Part shown: positions 39,601-47,961 of the stretch, in pieces
How the letters are laid out: the number at the start of each line of letters is the position of its first letter
Position numbering within the stretch: position 1 is the stretch's first letter
IMG/VR virus record: IMGVR_UViG_3300044642_000074
Location: 1-64,000 of that record
Source: a virus
Strand: one strand, 5' to 3'
DNA: 64,000 nt
The notes under the pieces: generated by a model
The model's input: the letters and a program-made list of their open reading frames with translations, nothing else
Told to the model about the DNA's origin: nothing
Database searches by the model: none
Program-made: the position numbers and the translations under genes

Positions 39601-42227
39601 TGGACGCTAGAGAGTCAAGACTATTTTCAATATCAAAAGGTTACTTCTACTTGTTTAACTCAGGAGTACGTGACTTTTTTGTAGAGAGTGACGTTAACAT
39701 AGCATACCGTGATTGGGATGACCAGCTCGGCAGAAGACACTACGACCCCTATGAAATTGCAGATCTTAACTTACTGATGAGATCTGATGTAATAAAAGAA
39801 AGTAACATATACAAGTATGATTACTCTTTAAGTATATCTAAGCTTTTCAACTCTCAGATTACCTGGGGTAACATGCTTCCTAGGGACTATGATCCTAAGA
39901 AAGCCGAGACATGTTATGTGTATTATCCTAATAGGGTAGTCTACTCTTTGCCTCAGCAGGATGACAGTCGTAAAGACAGTTGGAGAATATATCTTGCCAA
40001 TAACTATAAGACAATGGGTGGTAGAGTTACTGCCATCAAACCAGTAAATAAGACTGGGGCATTGTTTATGATGGCTTTTCAAAGTCCACTCCAGTTTATG
40101 GGAGTAGAGGAACTAAAGCTTGACGCAACTGGTGCAAAGATTACTATAGGTGACGGTGCTTTATTTTCAGGTCCGCAACAGCTACAGGCTATTGTAAACT
40201 CTGATGAAAGCTATGAATACGGATCTTGCCAAAACAGGTTTGCTACCGTTGGTTGCACACATGGGATATTCTGGGTCAGCCAGAACCAGGGTAAAGTATT
40301 TCAGTACCAGGGAGGTTTAAAGGAAATCTCTAGAGACGGAATGAAATGGTGGTTTGCAAACTATCTTCCTAGTGAACTTCTTAAATTATATCCTAACTAT
40401 CCTTTGTATGATAATCCTGTTGCAGGTATTGGAGTACAGATGATTTATGATAATACAAATGAGATAATCTATATTACTAAGAAAGACTATAGACCAAAGA
40501 GAAAAGACTTGTTATATGATCAGGGTGGCTTTTATTATGAGGGCCCAGGGTCAACAACAATTAATACATGCCCTCCGGGTTATACCCTACAGGGGAATAC
40601 CTGTGTAGCTAATACTGCAACGTGTCCTCCAGGTCATCAGTTGATCAACGGAGTATGTACCAAAACTGAAACGATAGATCCAATTCAGTCTGGTCAGGTA
40701 GTAGAAGTATCTAGAACACCATTTGAGGTTTACGGTAATCAAGGTACAAGAGTATACAGTGCCGCTACTGTTGGTTCTACTTCTACTCTTTTAAATACAA
40801 GCAATCCATTTTGGATACGTCAAGTTAGTCCGGCAAACTGGAACTCACTTACTGCAGATCAGAAACAAGCGTTTGATCTTAACAATGGACCGGTAAACCG
40901 TATCTCTATATGGGGGCGTACACTATCCGGATCTACTGTACTAAATAACTATAACCACAGCGGTGCTGATCTAAATCCTGTTAGTCAATGGATTGGCTTC
41001 GATGTTTGTATAAATATCACAACAACTAAGACATACTATGTAGCTATTGCTGCAGACAATGATTACAGGTTTTCTTTGGACGGAAACCTGATCTTAAGTG
41101 ACACTGGTGGTACTACTGCTACTTTTAACTTCCTTCATATCTACCCTGTAACTATTACAGCTGGTAGTCATATACTTCGTTTGGAAGGGAAGAACAACGG
41201 TCAGAAAGCAGGATTTGGTTGTGAGATTTTTGACCTAGATAACAGACCAACTGGTACCAGTGTGGTAGATTTCTTAAATGCTCAGACGAGCTACGATAAT
41301 TTGATTGTAGTCTTTACAACCAGAAACGTAACACAGTTTTCTTCTAACCTGTACACCTGTCCTGTTGGATATGGTTTAGCTAACCCTACCTGTACAGAAC
41401 CTGTATGTCAAAGAATTACTACAGCTGCTCCTGTGTTTGATACAAAGCAGCCTACTGTAGTTACAGTAAAAAATAAGATCTACTGCAACTTTGATAAAGG
41501 TGAATGTTGGGAAAATGCTAGCTGGACTATTTCTTACGATCCTAAGACACAGACCTGGATATCATTTCATGATTGGATTCCAAGCTTCCTGATTCCTGGT
41601 AAGGCTCACTTCATGAGCGTTAACATGAACTCTATATGGAAGCATAACATTCGTTGTGATAAGTACACTAACTTCTATGGTATAGACTATCCGTTTGAGG
41701 TAGAGTTTGTATCAGCTACCGGTCAGGTAGTTAATTCTATGAGAAACATAGAGTACTTAATGGAAGCATATAAGATGCACAATGACTGCCGTGATAAGTT
41801 TCATGTACTAGATGCAAACTTTGATCAGGCTATTATACATAATTCAGAACAAATATCCGGTCTTCTTGAACTTGAACTGAAAAGCAAGACTAATCCTGTA
41901 GCTATGTTGAGCTATCCTCAGGTCCGTACTCAGTCTATTGGAATAAACTATTCTAAGGAAGAGAATAAGTACAGGTTTAATCAGTTCTGGGATATCACGC
42001 GTAACCGCGGAGAGTTCCAGGGAGTGAATGTTCCGATGTTTAACACAGAACCAAACGGATATAAGTTTCAAATAAACCCTACTTATGTGAACTATAATAA
42101 ATCTCCACTGGAGCGTAAGAAGTTCAGACATAACGTAAACAAGGTATTCTTAAGAAAATTAGTAAGTAATGATACCAAGTATCTATTTAAGATATCTAAC
42201 CAAAAGATTCTACAAAGTCCTAGATAA
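36684..42227 (+). CDS. tail stabilisation / muzzle protein (P22 gp10-like)
   Basis: 1847 aa; N-terminal NTFSKGMVKD...HARNAVN, YMRDEQYAFFIRW, WTISYDP...WISFHDW motifs characteristic of crAss muzzle proteins. Confidence 0.85.
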   Translation: MAEQRQNNPGAVTNTFSKGMVKDFNDTFVGEGLWTHARNAVNNSHDGQLGVIGNEPANLHCVTLPYDLIGVIHLRDDQWAVYTTNDVDSEIGVFDESQCTYTKKVNDRCLNFRRTNLITGISRRRFDCERPVYWADGRNPDRFMDLDNPPFKFTESIQNGCVTKTYTNQLDCEKIRLASLVTAPCIVLEKGKGAGTLPNGSYQVCLAYTINQVKITDYMGLSEVQSVFHHDNVKSSLEVKITQVDQNFDEFELVILAQINGETIARRIGYYSTNQGTIYIDTLSNESPTVPINQVVVRTEPIERSDTMYQVNDYALRVGVYTKYKFNYQLQANNIRSSWVAVEYPAEYYKKGGNNTGYMRDEQYAFFIRWVYNTGERSESYHIPGRSALPTEKDIVVNADAYEAANGVTVQRWQVYNTATIEGRTATLLADGGRVIGTGRMGYWESTEKYPDDRPDIWGNLCGQPIRHHKFPDETCDTAATNRVLDTFSQSGSKIVILGVQFENITHPLDNNGNPITSIVGYEILRGSRQGNKTVIGKGLLNNMRTFKLPEDTTNERLFQNYPFNDLRADSYLTTEFQSGTNGSPDVKSSKMTGYKKNIFSFHSPETTFSQPFVNATELKVYQQLSGTATGRFIIPHKHPKFKLPTNFADTISDVLGVVQQIADITSLIAGAAPTINLQGTSDLPFTQSLITPHRQESLSGIFAGVTSGWVGTTGAPGADTAASSRRSIANTAITVANGIVMVTLAAFKANVTSEQVFRLILALVPYRQYAAQYVSHGFYNQAVNQPLDFRRRFVTNTSYVGADVATFGSSYQIYNLNRNRFVAVEIPQATELNPPTVVDNSRFIISERNAELNKDLTSTISSLYGALKIPLDAQYGQLESIKQIPISSCVFNTVANTTSKFITPVLFGGDIYINRFTEKNNMLFFNTWLMGEPNGAELDYTLYFSMPYSRFWVNNTDLNGGLFEGASNFRVLDARESRLFSISKGYFYLFNSGVRDFFVESDVNIAYRDWDDQLGRRHYDPYEIADLNLLMRSDVIKESNIYKYDYSLSISKLFNSQITWGNMLPRDYDPKKAETCYVYYPNRVVYSLPQQDDSRKDSWRIYLANNYKTMGGRVTAIKPVNKTGALFMMAFQSPLQFMGVEELKLDATGAKITIGDGALFSGPQQLQAIVNSDESYEYGSCQNRFATVGCTHGIFWVSQNQGKVFQYQGGLKEISRDGMKWWFANYLPSELLKLYPNYPLYDNPVAGIGVQMIYDNTNEIIYITKKDYRPKRKDLLYDQGGFYYEGPGSTTINTCPPGYTLQGNTCVANTATCPPGHQLINGVCTKTETIDPIQSGQVVEVSRTPFEVYGNQGTRVYSAATVGSTSTLLNTSNPFWIRQVSPANWNSLTADQKQAFDLNNGPVNRISIWGRTLSGSTVLNNYNHSGADLNPVSQWIGFDVCINITTTKTYYVAIAADNDYRFSLDGNLILSDTGGTTATFNFLHIYPVTITAGSHILRLEGKNNGQKAGFGCEIFDLDNRPTGTSVVDFLNAQTSYDNLIVVFTTRNVTQFSSNLYTCPVGYGLANPTCTEPVCQRITTAAPVFDTKQPTVVTVKNKIYCNFDKGECWENASWTISYDPKTQTWISFHDWIPSFLIPGKAHFMSVNMNSIWKHNIRCDKYTNFYGIDYPFEVEFVSATGQVVNSMRNIEYLMEAYKMHNDCRDKFHVLDANFDQAIIHNSEQISGLLELELKSKTNPVAMLSYPQVRTQSIGINYSKEENKYRFNQFWDITRNRGEFQGVNVPMFNTEPNGYKFQINPTYVNYNKSPLERKKFRHNVNKVFLRKLVSNDTKYLFKISNQKILQSPR

Positions 42228-45200
42228 TGAATAAGCTGCTCCAACATATTATGAATGCGGGGGATGTATCAGATAAGTTTCTGGTGCATTTCAATAATGG
42301 AGTACCTCTTACTAAGAAACCTTTAGTAAAAGCTCAGCAGGGTATTCAAAACGTTACCGTAGATGGTAAACGTATGAGGACAGATTCTCCTGAATATAAA
42401 AATCTTTACAGTAAAGGCATAGGCCGTTGGATGAAAAAAGATGCTTCAGGAAACTGGGTACCTGGTACTGCCAATGATTCTGGGTCTGAGTTTGTATCTT
42501 CTCCCAAGACATTAGAAGAAGTTGTTGTTAAGAGTACAGTTAAACCTAACTCACTTGGAGCATACTCTTCCAAATTCTATAGAGAAAATCCTTTTGAAAC
42601 CTTCTTTAAAGATAGGTATGGTCAGATAAAAGATGAATTTACTTCAGAGCCTATATGGGCTCAACGTGCAGTAGGTGGATGGGATAGAGAAAGTAGACAG
42701 AAGAATATACGTGAGCAGATTCAACAAGAGTATGATAAGAAGTATAGTGATTACTTAACCCAAAGATTACTTCAAAGAAATCCTCAAGGAGACCAGTACA
42801 GGGATGATTGGTTATCTAATAAGAACTTTACTAACAGGGAACTTAGTATACTTACTGCTAATGAAAACCTGCCTCAGCCAAACTTATATTCTCAGGGTGC
42901 TCAGGGTCTCTACAATACTGCTGATATGTTGGCTCTTGGAAAGCTTCCAGAGCTTGCTGTACCTGGTATAGCTAAATCTGAAGTTGCTCAGTATAACAGT
43001 CCTTTACTTACTTTTCAACCGCTTTCTATTCCAGCTAAGATGGTTCAGTCTTTTTACACAGACGACTATACATTTAGAGACGCTGTGAGAGGTACTCCTA
43101 ATAAAGCAAGTCTTACGGAAGATATAATTACTGATCCTTTAACATGGTGGACACTTGGTGGTAAATCATTACTTACTGCGGCTGGTAAAGCCAGTGGTAT
43201 AAATACTGCAAGGTTTTTTCCTGAAGTAAGTAACTTTTCTAAACTATCTAAGCCACCAAAAACACAGTTTGCTCAAGATGCTGATGACTTTTTAAAAGCT
43301 GGTAAAGAAGTAGTAGATCCTGAAACAGGTGTATCTAAATTTGTTTATGAGCTGGATGATGTATCTACTGCTTCTGATAATCCTTTTGTTTGGTATCCTG
43401 ATAGTCAAGCAGGTAAAAAACCTTATACAGGTGGTGGCGTGGAGCTTACATTTGATGACTTAGTAGATGTATCTGATATTCCTGTTCTTAATAACAAGAT
43501 CAGTCCTATTGGTACTAGTGGATCAAAGACCTTTGGAAGTACCTTATCTAATATTTACGATAAAGGTAAGAGCAAGCTTATGAAGCTTTTTGCTAATACA
43601 AACCAATGGGATGTTTCTAAACCACTTGGTACTTTGCAAGATTATAAAAGTTGGGGTAACAATATTCATAAAGAACTTGATTATGTAGATCCTGCTCTTA
43701 TCCGTGATGCTCACAAAAAAGCTATAAAATATTTTAAATCTACCGGACAGTGGGGGAATATGCAAAACTCACCTAGAGAGTTCGGTCTTTTTATAAGGGC
43801 AGAACTAGCTGATAAAATACCATCTTTTGCAAATCCTGTAGTAGTTGATCCTGCAACGGGAGCTAGATTCAATTATGGACAAGAGGCTTGGCATCCGAGT
43901 TTATACCCAGATAATCAGCAAGCCATGTATTTTAGCACGGTTAGAAACGAGGCTGAATATTACAAAGATGCTCCATTTGCTGCACAAGAGGCTCAACCGC
44001 TTTCTTGGGGGTATGATGCAGAAAAATTTACTCCGCAAGAAGCTAATCTTATAACAGGGTATGCACATGGTTATGATAATCCTCTTAATAATGTGTTTAG
44101 AGCTAGATCCACAGTAGGAGCAAAAAAATTTTATGAAACTAAAGGTAATGAGTTAAATACAGCTGTACAGAAGAATAAGTTTCCTGTAGCTACTCAAGTA
44201 AGAAGAGGTGTTGATAACTATCCTGTAGAGATTTTAGATCCAGTTACCTATAAGCCAACTGGTGTTTTTAAGAGACGTTCTGAATTAGGTGTAGGAGATG
44301 TATTTAAAGATGAAGGTTTTATGTCCACTAGTCTTAATACTAACCATACATGGGGAACAGCCGATGCTTCAGAACTTATTGATATACCCGGAGGCGGAGT
44401 TCAGTCTTATGCTTTTCCTAACGCTATGTCAAACAGCCCTTATTTTCCCGAGGCTGAGGCTATATTACCAAAAGGATTAATACGTAAAGTAGAAGAAGTA
44501 AGAGAACCCGTAAGCGGTGGTAGTTATGGTTTTCCTAATAATGCCAGAATCAGAACTAGTATATTAAATCCTTATAGTGTTTTACTTCCAGTAGTTGGTG
44601 GTGCGGCTGCAATACAAGGTCAGAAAAAACAAGGTGGTCCTATTGTAGACCCGCGTGGTCAGTGGGCTCATCCTGGTAAAGTTACTCGTATACCTGGATC
44701 AGATATTACTATGCAGGGAGTAAACTACCCGGTGTATGCCAAACCTAACAAAGGCAAAGGTGGTATGATGTATCCAGGGGGGAATTACTCTTTCCCCAAA
44801 GCTGATTATGTAGATGAGTATCCTATGATGCAAAGAGGAGGTCAATATATAGACTCTGTGTTTAACGCTAACCGAAATCTTAACTGGGTAAAACGACTAT
44901 ATGATAAAAACACACCTAGTATCCAGATTCCTGGAGAGCCTTACCCGTCTACCCACTACATGGAATATGCCGATAACCGCGTATATCCTCAAGTAGTACA
45001 GATGCCAGATGGTAAGTTGAAACACCTGGGTAAGAACGCTTACGACTATGCTGACTCTACTAAAACATACATTAAGTTTCCAACAGAAGCTGATGCTAAA
45101 TGGTTTAGTCAAAACTATAAGAAGGGTAAAGGCGTATTAGGTAACAGGCAATTAGGAGGTCAGTCTGCAGGGAAAAGTCCTTACTTTTTTATGAACATTA

Positions 45201-46135
45201 ATAATGATATGGAAGAAAGATTTCGTGCCCTTGATTATGTTAAAGATGAATATAACAAGGGTATGGATTTTCATACTAAGTGGCTTAACTCACCTATGTA
45301 CAAGAGTATGATTAACGCGTCTGATCCTGCCAATGCAAAACAAATTACTGACCAACGTAAAAAACGTCTTTCTGCTGTGACTATGAAATACGTTGATACT
45401 GCATATGGCCCAGATATTAGGACTGGAGCTACAGCTGATAATCTAGGAAATATAAAGGTATACCCAATAGGTGTTGGTCATAACAGCGTTGGTACTCATG
45501 AAATATCTCATGTAACAGACAATGGTCCAGGGCTCGATCTTATACCTGCTAAAGATCAAATTAACATTTTAGAAAAAGCTTATGATAAAGTAAACTTACC
45601 AAAGTATGAAGCTGATAAAGAGTATGTTGATTATATTACTAAACCAACAGAGACAAGAGCTAGATTAAATCAAATACGTCAGCAAGCTTCTGAAAATAAA
45701 TTATATGACCCTTTTACTCAAAAAGTAAACCCAGCTATATATAATAAACTTAAAAATTTTAAGTTTGATAAGTCAGTAGACTGGAGTCCTCTTCAACAGT
45801 TAAAAGAAGCTTATAGTGATCAACAGATTATGGAACTGCTTAATAGTGTTTCTAAAGTAAATACTAATAACGATATGCAAAACATGATGGCCAGTGGTGG
45901 ACAGCATGGCGGTCTTGACCGTTGGTTTGCAGAGAAATGGGTAGATGTAAAGACAGGAAAAGCATGTGGTAGACAAGAAGGTGAAAGCAGAGCTTACCCG
46001 GCATGTCGTCCTTCTAGACGAGTATCATCCCAGACACCAAAGACTTCTTCAGAAATGAGTCCTGCTGAGAAGGCTAAGTTTAAAAGGACTAAGACATCCT
46101 CAGAACGTATAAACTATAATCATAAAAGAAATTAA
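42227..46135 (+). CDS. polyvalent virion cargo protein with ADP-ribosyltransferase and zincin domains
   Basis: ART R-STS-ExE motifs (VRRG 44201, FMSTS 44324, EAE 44450); HEISH at 45497 with PTETRARL; position after the muzzle gene. Confidence 0.8.
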   Translation: MNKLLQHIMNAGDVSDKFLVHFNNGVPLTKKPLVKAQQGIQNVTVDGKRMRTDSPEYKNLYSKGIGRWMKKDASGNWVPGTANDSGSEFVSSPKTLEEVVVKSTVKPNSLGAYSSKFYRENPFETFFKDRYGQIKDEFTSEPIWAQRAVGGWDRESRQKNIREQIQQEYDKKYSDYLTQRLLQRNPQGDQYRDDWLSNKNFTNRELSILTANENLPQPNLYSQGAQGLYNTADMLALGKLPELAVPGIAKSEVAQYNSPLLTFQPLSIPAKMVQSFYTDDYTFRDAVRGTPNKASLTEDIITDPLTWWTLGGKSLLTAAGKASGINTARFFPEVSNFSKLSKPPKTQFAQDADDFLKAGKEVVDPETGVSKFVYELDDVSTASDNPFVWYPDSQAGKKPYTGGGVELTFDDLVDVSDIPVLNNKISPIGTSGSKTFGSTLSNIYDKGKSKLMKLFANTNQWDVSKPLGTLQDYKSWGNNIHKELDYVDPALIRDAHKKAIKYFKSTGQWGNMQNSPREFGLFIRAELADKIPSFANPVVVDPATGARFNYGQEAWHPSLYPDNQQAMYFSTVRNEAEYYKDAPFAAQEAQPLSWGYDAEKFTPQEANLITGYAHGYDNPLNNVFRARSTVGAKKFYETKGNELNTAVQKNKFPVATQVRRGVDNYPVEILDPVTYKPTGVFKRRSELGVGDVFKDEGFMSTSLNTNHTWGTADASELIDIPGGGVQSYAFPNAMSNSPYFPEAEAILPKGLIRKVEEVREPVSGGSYGFPNNARIRTSILNPYSVLLPVVGGAAAIQGQKKQGGPIVDPRGQWAHPGKVTRIPGSDITMQGVNYPVYAKPNKGKGGMMYPGGNYSFPKADYVDEYPMMQRGGQYIDSVFNANRNLNWVKRLYDKNTPSIQIPGEPYPSTHYMEYADNRVYPQVVQMPDGKLKHLGKNAYDYADSTKTYIKFPTEADAKWFSQNYKKGKGVLGNRQLGGQSAGKSPYFFMNINNDMEERFRALDYVKDEYNKGMDFHTKWLNSPMYKSMINASDPANAKQITDQRKKRLSAVTMKYVDTAYGPDIRTGATADNLGNIKVYPIGVGHNSVGTHEISHVTDNGPGLDLIPAKDQINILEKAYDKVNLPKYEADKEYVDYITKPTETRARLNQIRQQASENKLYDPFTQKVNPAIYNKLKNFKFDKSVDWSPLQQLKEAYSDQQIMELLNSVSKVNTNNDMQNMMASGGQHGGLDRWFAEKWVDVKTGKACGRQEGESRAYPACRPSRRVSSQTPKTSSEMSPAEKAKFKRTKTSSERINYNHKRN

Positions 46136-46146
46136 TTATATATCCT

Positions 46147-47958
46147 ATGGCTAACAAACCTAATAATCCTGCCCTTTGGTCTAAAGCTAAGTCTTTAGCT
46201 AAACAGAAATTTGATGTCTATCCCTCAGCCTATGCTAACGGCTGGGCAGCTAAGTGGTACAAAGGTAAAGGAGGTACTTGGCGTAAAGCTGAGTACGGAA
46301 TGGAAGTACCGTTTATGAATAACGGTGGAGAAAAAATGCCACCCGAGATTGCTCGTGCACGTTTTGCTGCAGCAGGTAATCTTGATAAGATGGGTGATTA
46401 TGGTTATGCTTATGGTGGAGATACACCTAAATATATGCAACAAGGTGGACAACAAGATCAGATTATGATGGTTATTCAGCAGTTTGCTCAAATGAATCAA
46501 GTTGATCCCCAAGAAGTTATACAGCAACTTCAACAGTTGCCTGCTGAACAACAACAAGCAGCTATTCAAAAGATGGCAGAAACAATACAACAAGCTTCTC
46601 AGCAGCAACCTGATATGGTGCAAGCTGCTATGGCTTATGGTGGATATACTACTGGTGTATTTGCTGATGGTGGAGAACCTGATGGGTCTATGGCCCTTGG
46701 TCAGATAGATGCTGCAGTAGATAAACTTCAGAAACTTCGTCAGTTTATTCAACCTGAGTCTGATCTAGAACCATGGGTAAGTTCTAAACTTACTAAGATG
46801 GATGATTATGCAGATGCCGTGTCTGACTACATGATGTATAACCCAGAAGCCCAGGGAGAGATGATGGAAGAGCCTCAGGGACTTCCTATGCAACAAATGA
46901 AAGAAGGTGGTATTCCTACCCGTTACAAGAACATGGGCTTTTCTAAAGTTGGGGCTAAGAAAGAATCTACCCGTCCTGGTAAAAAGTGGATGGTGCTAGC
47001 CAAGAAAGGTAGTGACTATAAAGTAGTACACGGTGGATACGATGGTATGAAGGACTTCTCTCAGCATGGATCTGAGAAACGTAAAGATCGTTTCTGGGAC
47101 CGTATGGGTGGTAAGAACTCAGCTAAAGCCAAGGATCCGTTTAGTCCTTTGTACTGGCATAAAAGATTTGGTACCTGGCAAGATGGTGGAGAGATATATG
47201 GTATGGGTGGATATATACCAGAATATGGCATGGGTGGCATGCCTTGTTATGAATGTGGTGGTATGTTTGCAGAAGGCGGAATGTATGATTGCCCTGATCA
47301 GGAGAAAGACCCTGTAACAGGTAAGTGTAAAGCTGAGGTTGTTCGTGGTAGAGAAGCAAATGCTGCTAACAAAGCAGCTAGTGCAGACATGAACGCATGG
47401 GCTAAGCAAGTTGCTGCTATGGATAAAGAAGTTGCTAAACAGAATGCTGCTCAGTATGCTGGACAAAAAAGTTTTGATTATGACTGGATGCAATCTCCTG
47501 TAGATAAAGCAGAGAAGAAAGCAGCTATTGCTCAATACAAACAATTTATTCAGCAGAACCCTAATGTATTTGTAGCAGATGATTCATCTGGGTACAATCC
47601 AGAACAGAAGTATATCATTGCTTCTAAGCTTAAGCAAAAATCAAGCACTCCAATGGGATCTAAAGCATTCCAGCAAAAGTTTAACCAGGATGCACGTTTG
47701 CTAGATCTTGGACGTATACAGTCTGACATTGTTCCTTTAATGGGTGGCTGGAGTGGAATTCAGAACTGGCTGTTTGGTAATAAAAAATTCGGTGGCTACA
47801 TAGGACAAGACGGAAAGCGTCACATATCTAAGACACCTACCTGGTCTGGAAATACCGGTTATCAAGAAGGTGGTCCTGTTCTAGGGGATGTAATGGATGT
47901 AACACCTGAACAGCTTGAAGTTCTTCGTGCTCAAGGCTATGACTTTGAAATAATCTAA
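46147..47958 (+). CDS. modular virion cargo protein rich in x-x-x-G-G motifs
   Basis: 603 aa of short modules separated by MNNGG, YAYGG, MQQGG, FADGG, MKEGG, WQDGG, FAEGG, KKFGG, YQEGG. Confidence 0.75.
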   Translation: MANKPNNPALWSKAKSLAKQKFDVYPSAYANGWAAKWYKGKGGTWRKAEYGMEVPFMNNGGEKMPPEIARARFAAAGNLDKMGDYGYAYGGDTPKYMQQGGQQDQIMMVIQQFAQMNQVDPQEVIQQLQQLPAEQQQAAIQKMAETIQQASQQQPDMVQAAMAYGGYTTGVFADGGEPDGSMALGQIDAAVDKLQKLRQFIQPESDLEPWVSSKLTKMDDYADAVSDYMMYNPEAQGEMMEEPQGLPMQQMKEGGIPTRYKNMGFSKVGAKKESTRPGKKWMVLAKKGSDYKVVHGGYDGMKDFSQHGSEKRKDRFWDRMGGKNSAKAKDPFSPLYWHKRFGTWQDGGEIYGMGGYIPEYGMGGMPCYECGGMFAEGGMYDCPDQEKDPVTGKCKAEVVRGREANAANKAASADMNAWAKQVAAMDKEVAKQNAAQYAGQKSFDYDWMQSPVDKAEKKAAIAQYKQFIQQNPNVFVADDSSGYNPEQKYIIASKLKQKSSTPMGSKAFQQKFNQDARLLDLGRIQSDIVPLMGGWSGIQNWLFGNKKFGGYIGQDGKRHISKTPTWSGNTGYQEGGPVLGDVMDVTPEQLEVLRAQGYDFEII

Positions 47959-47961
47959 TCT

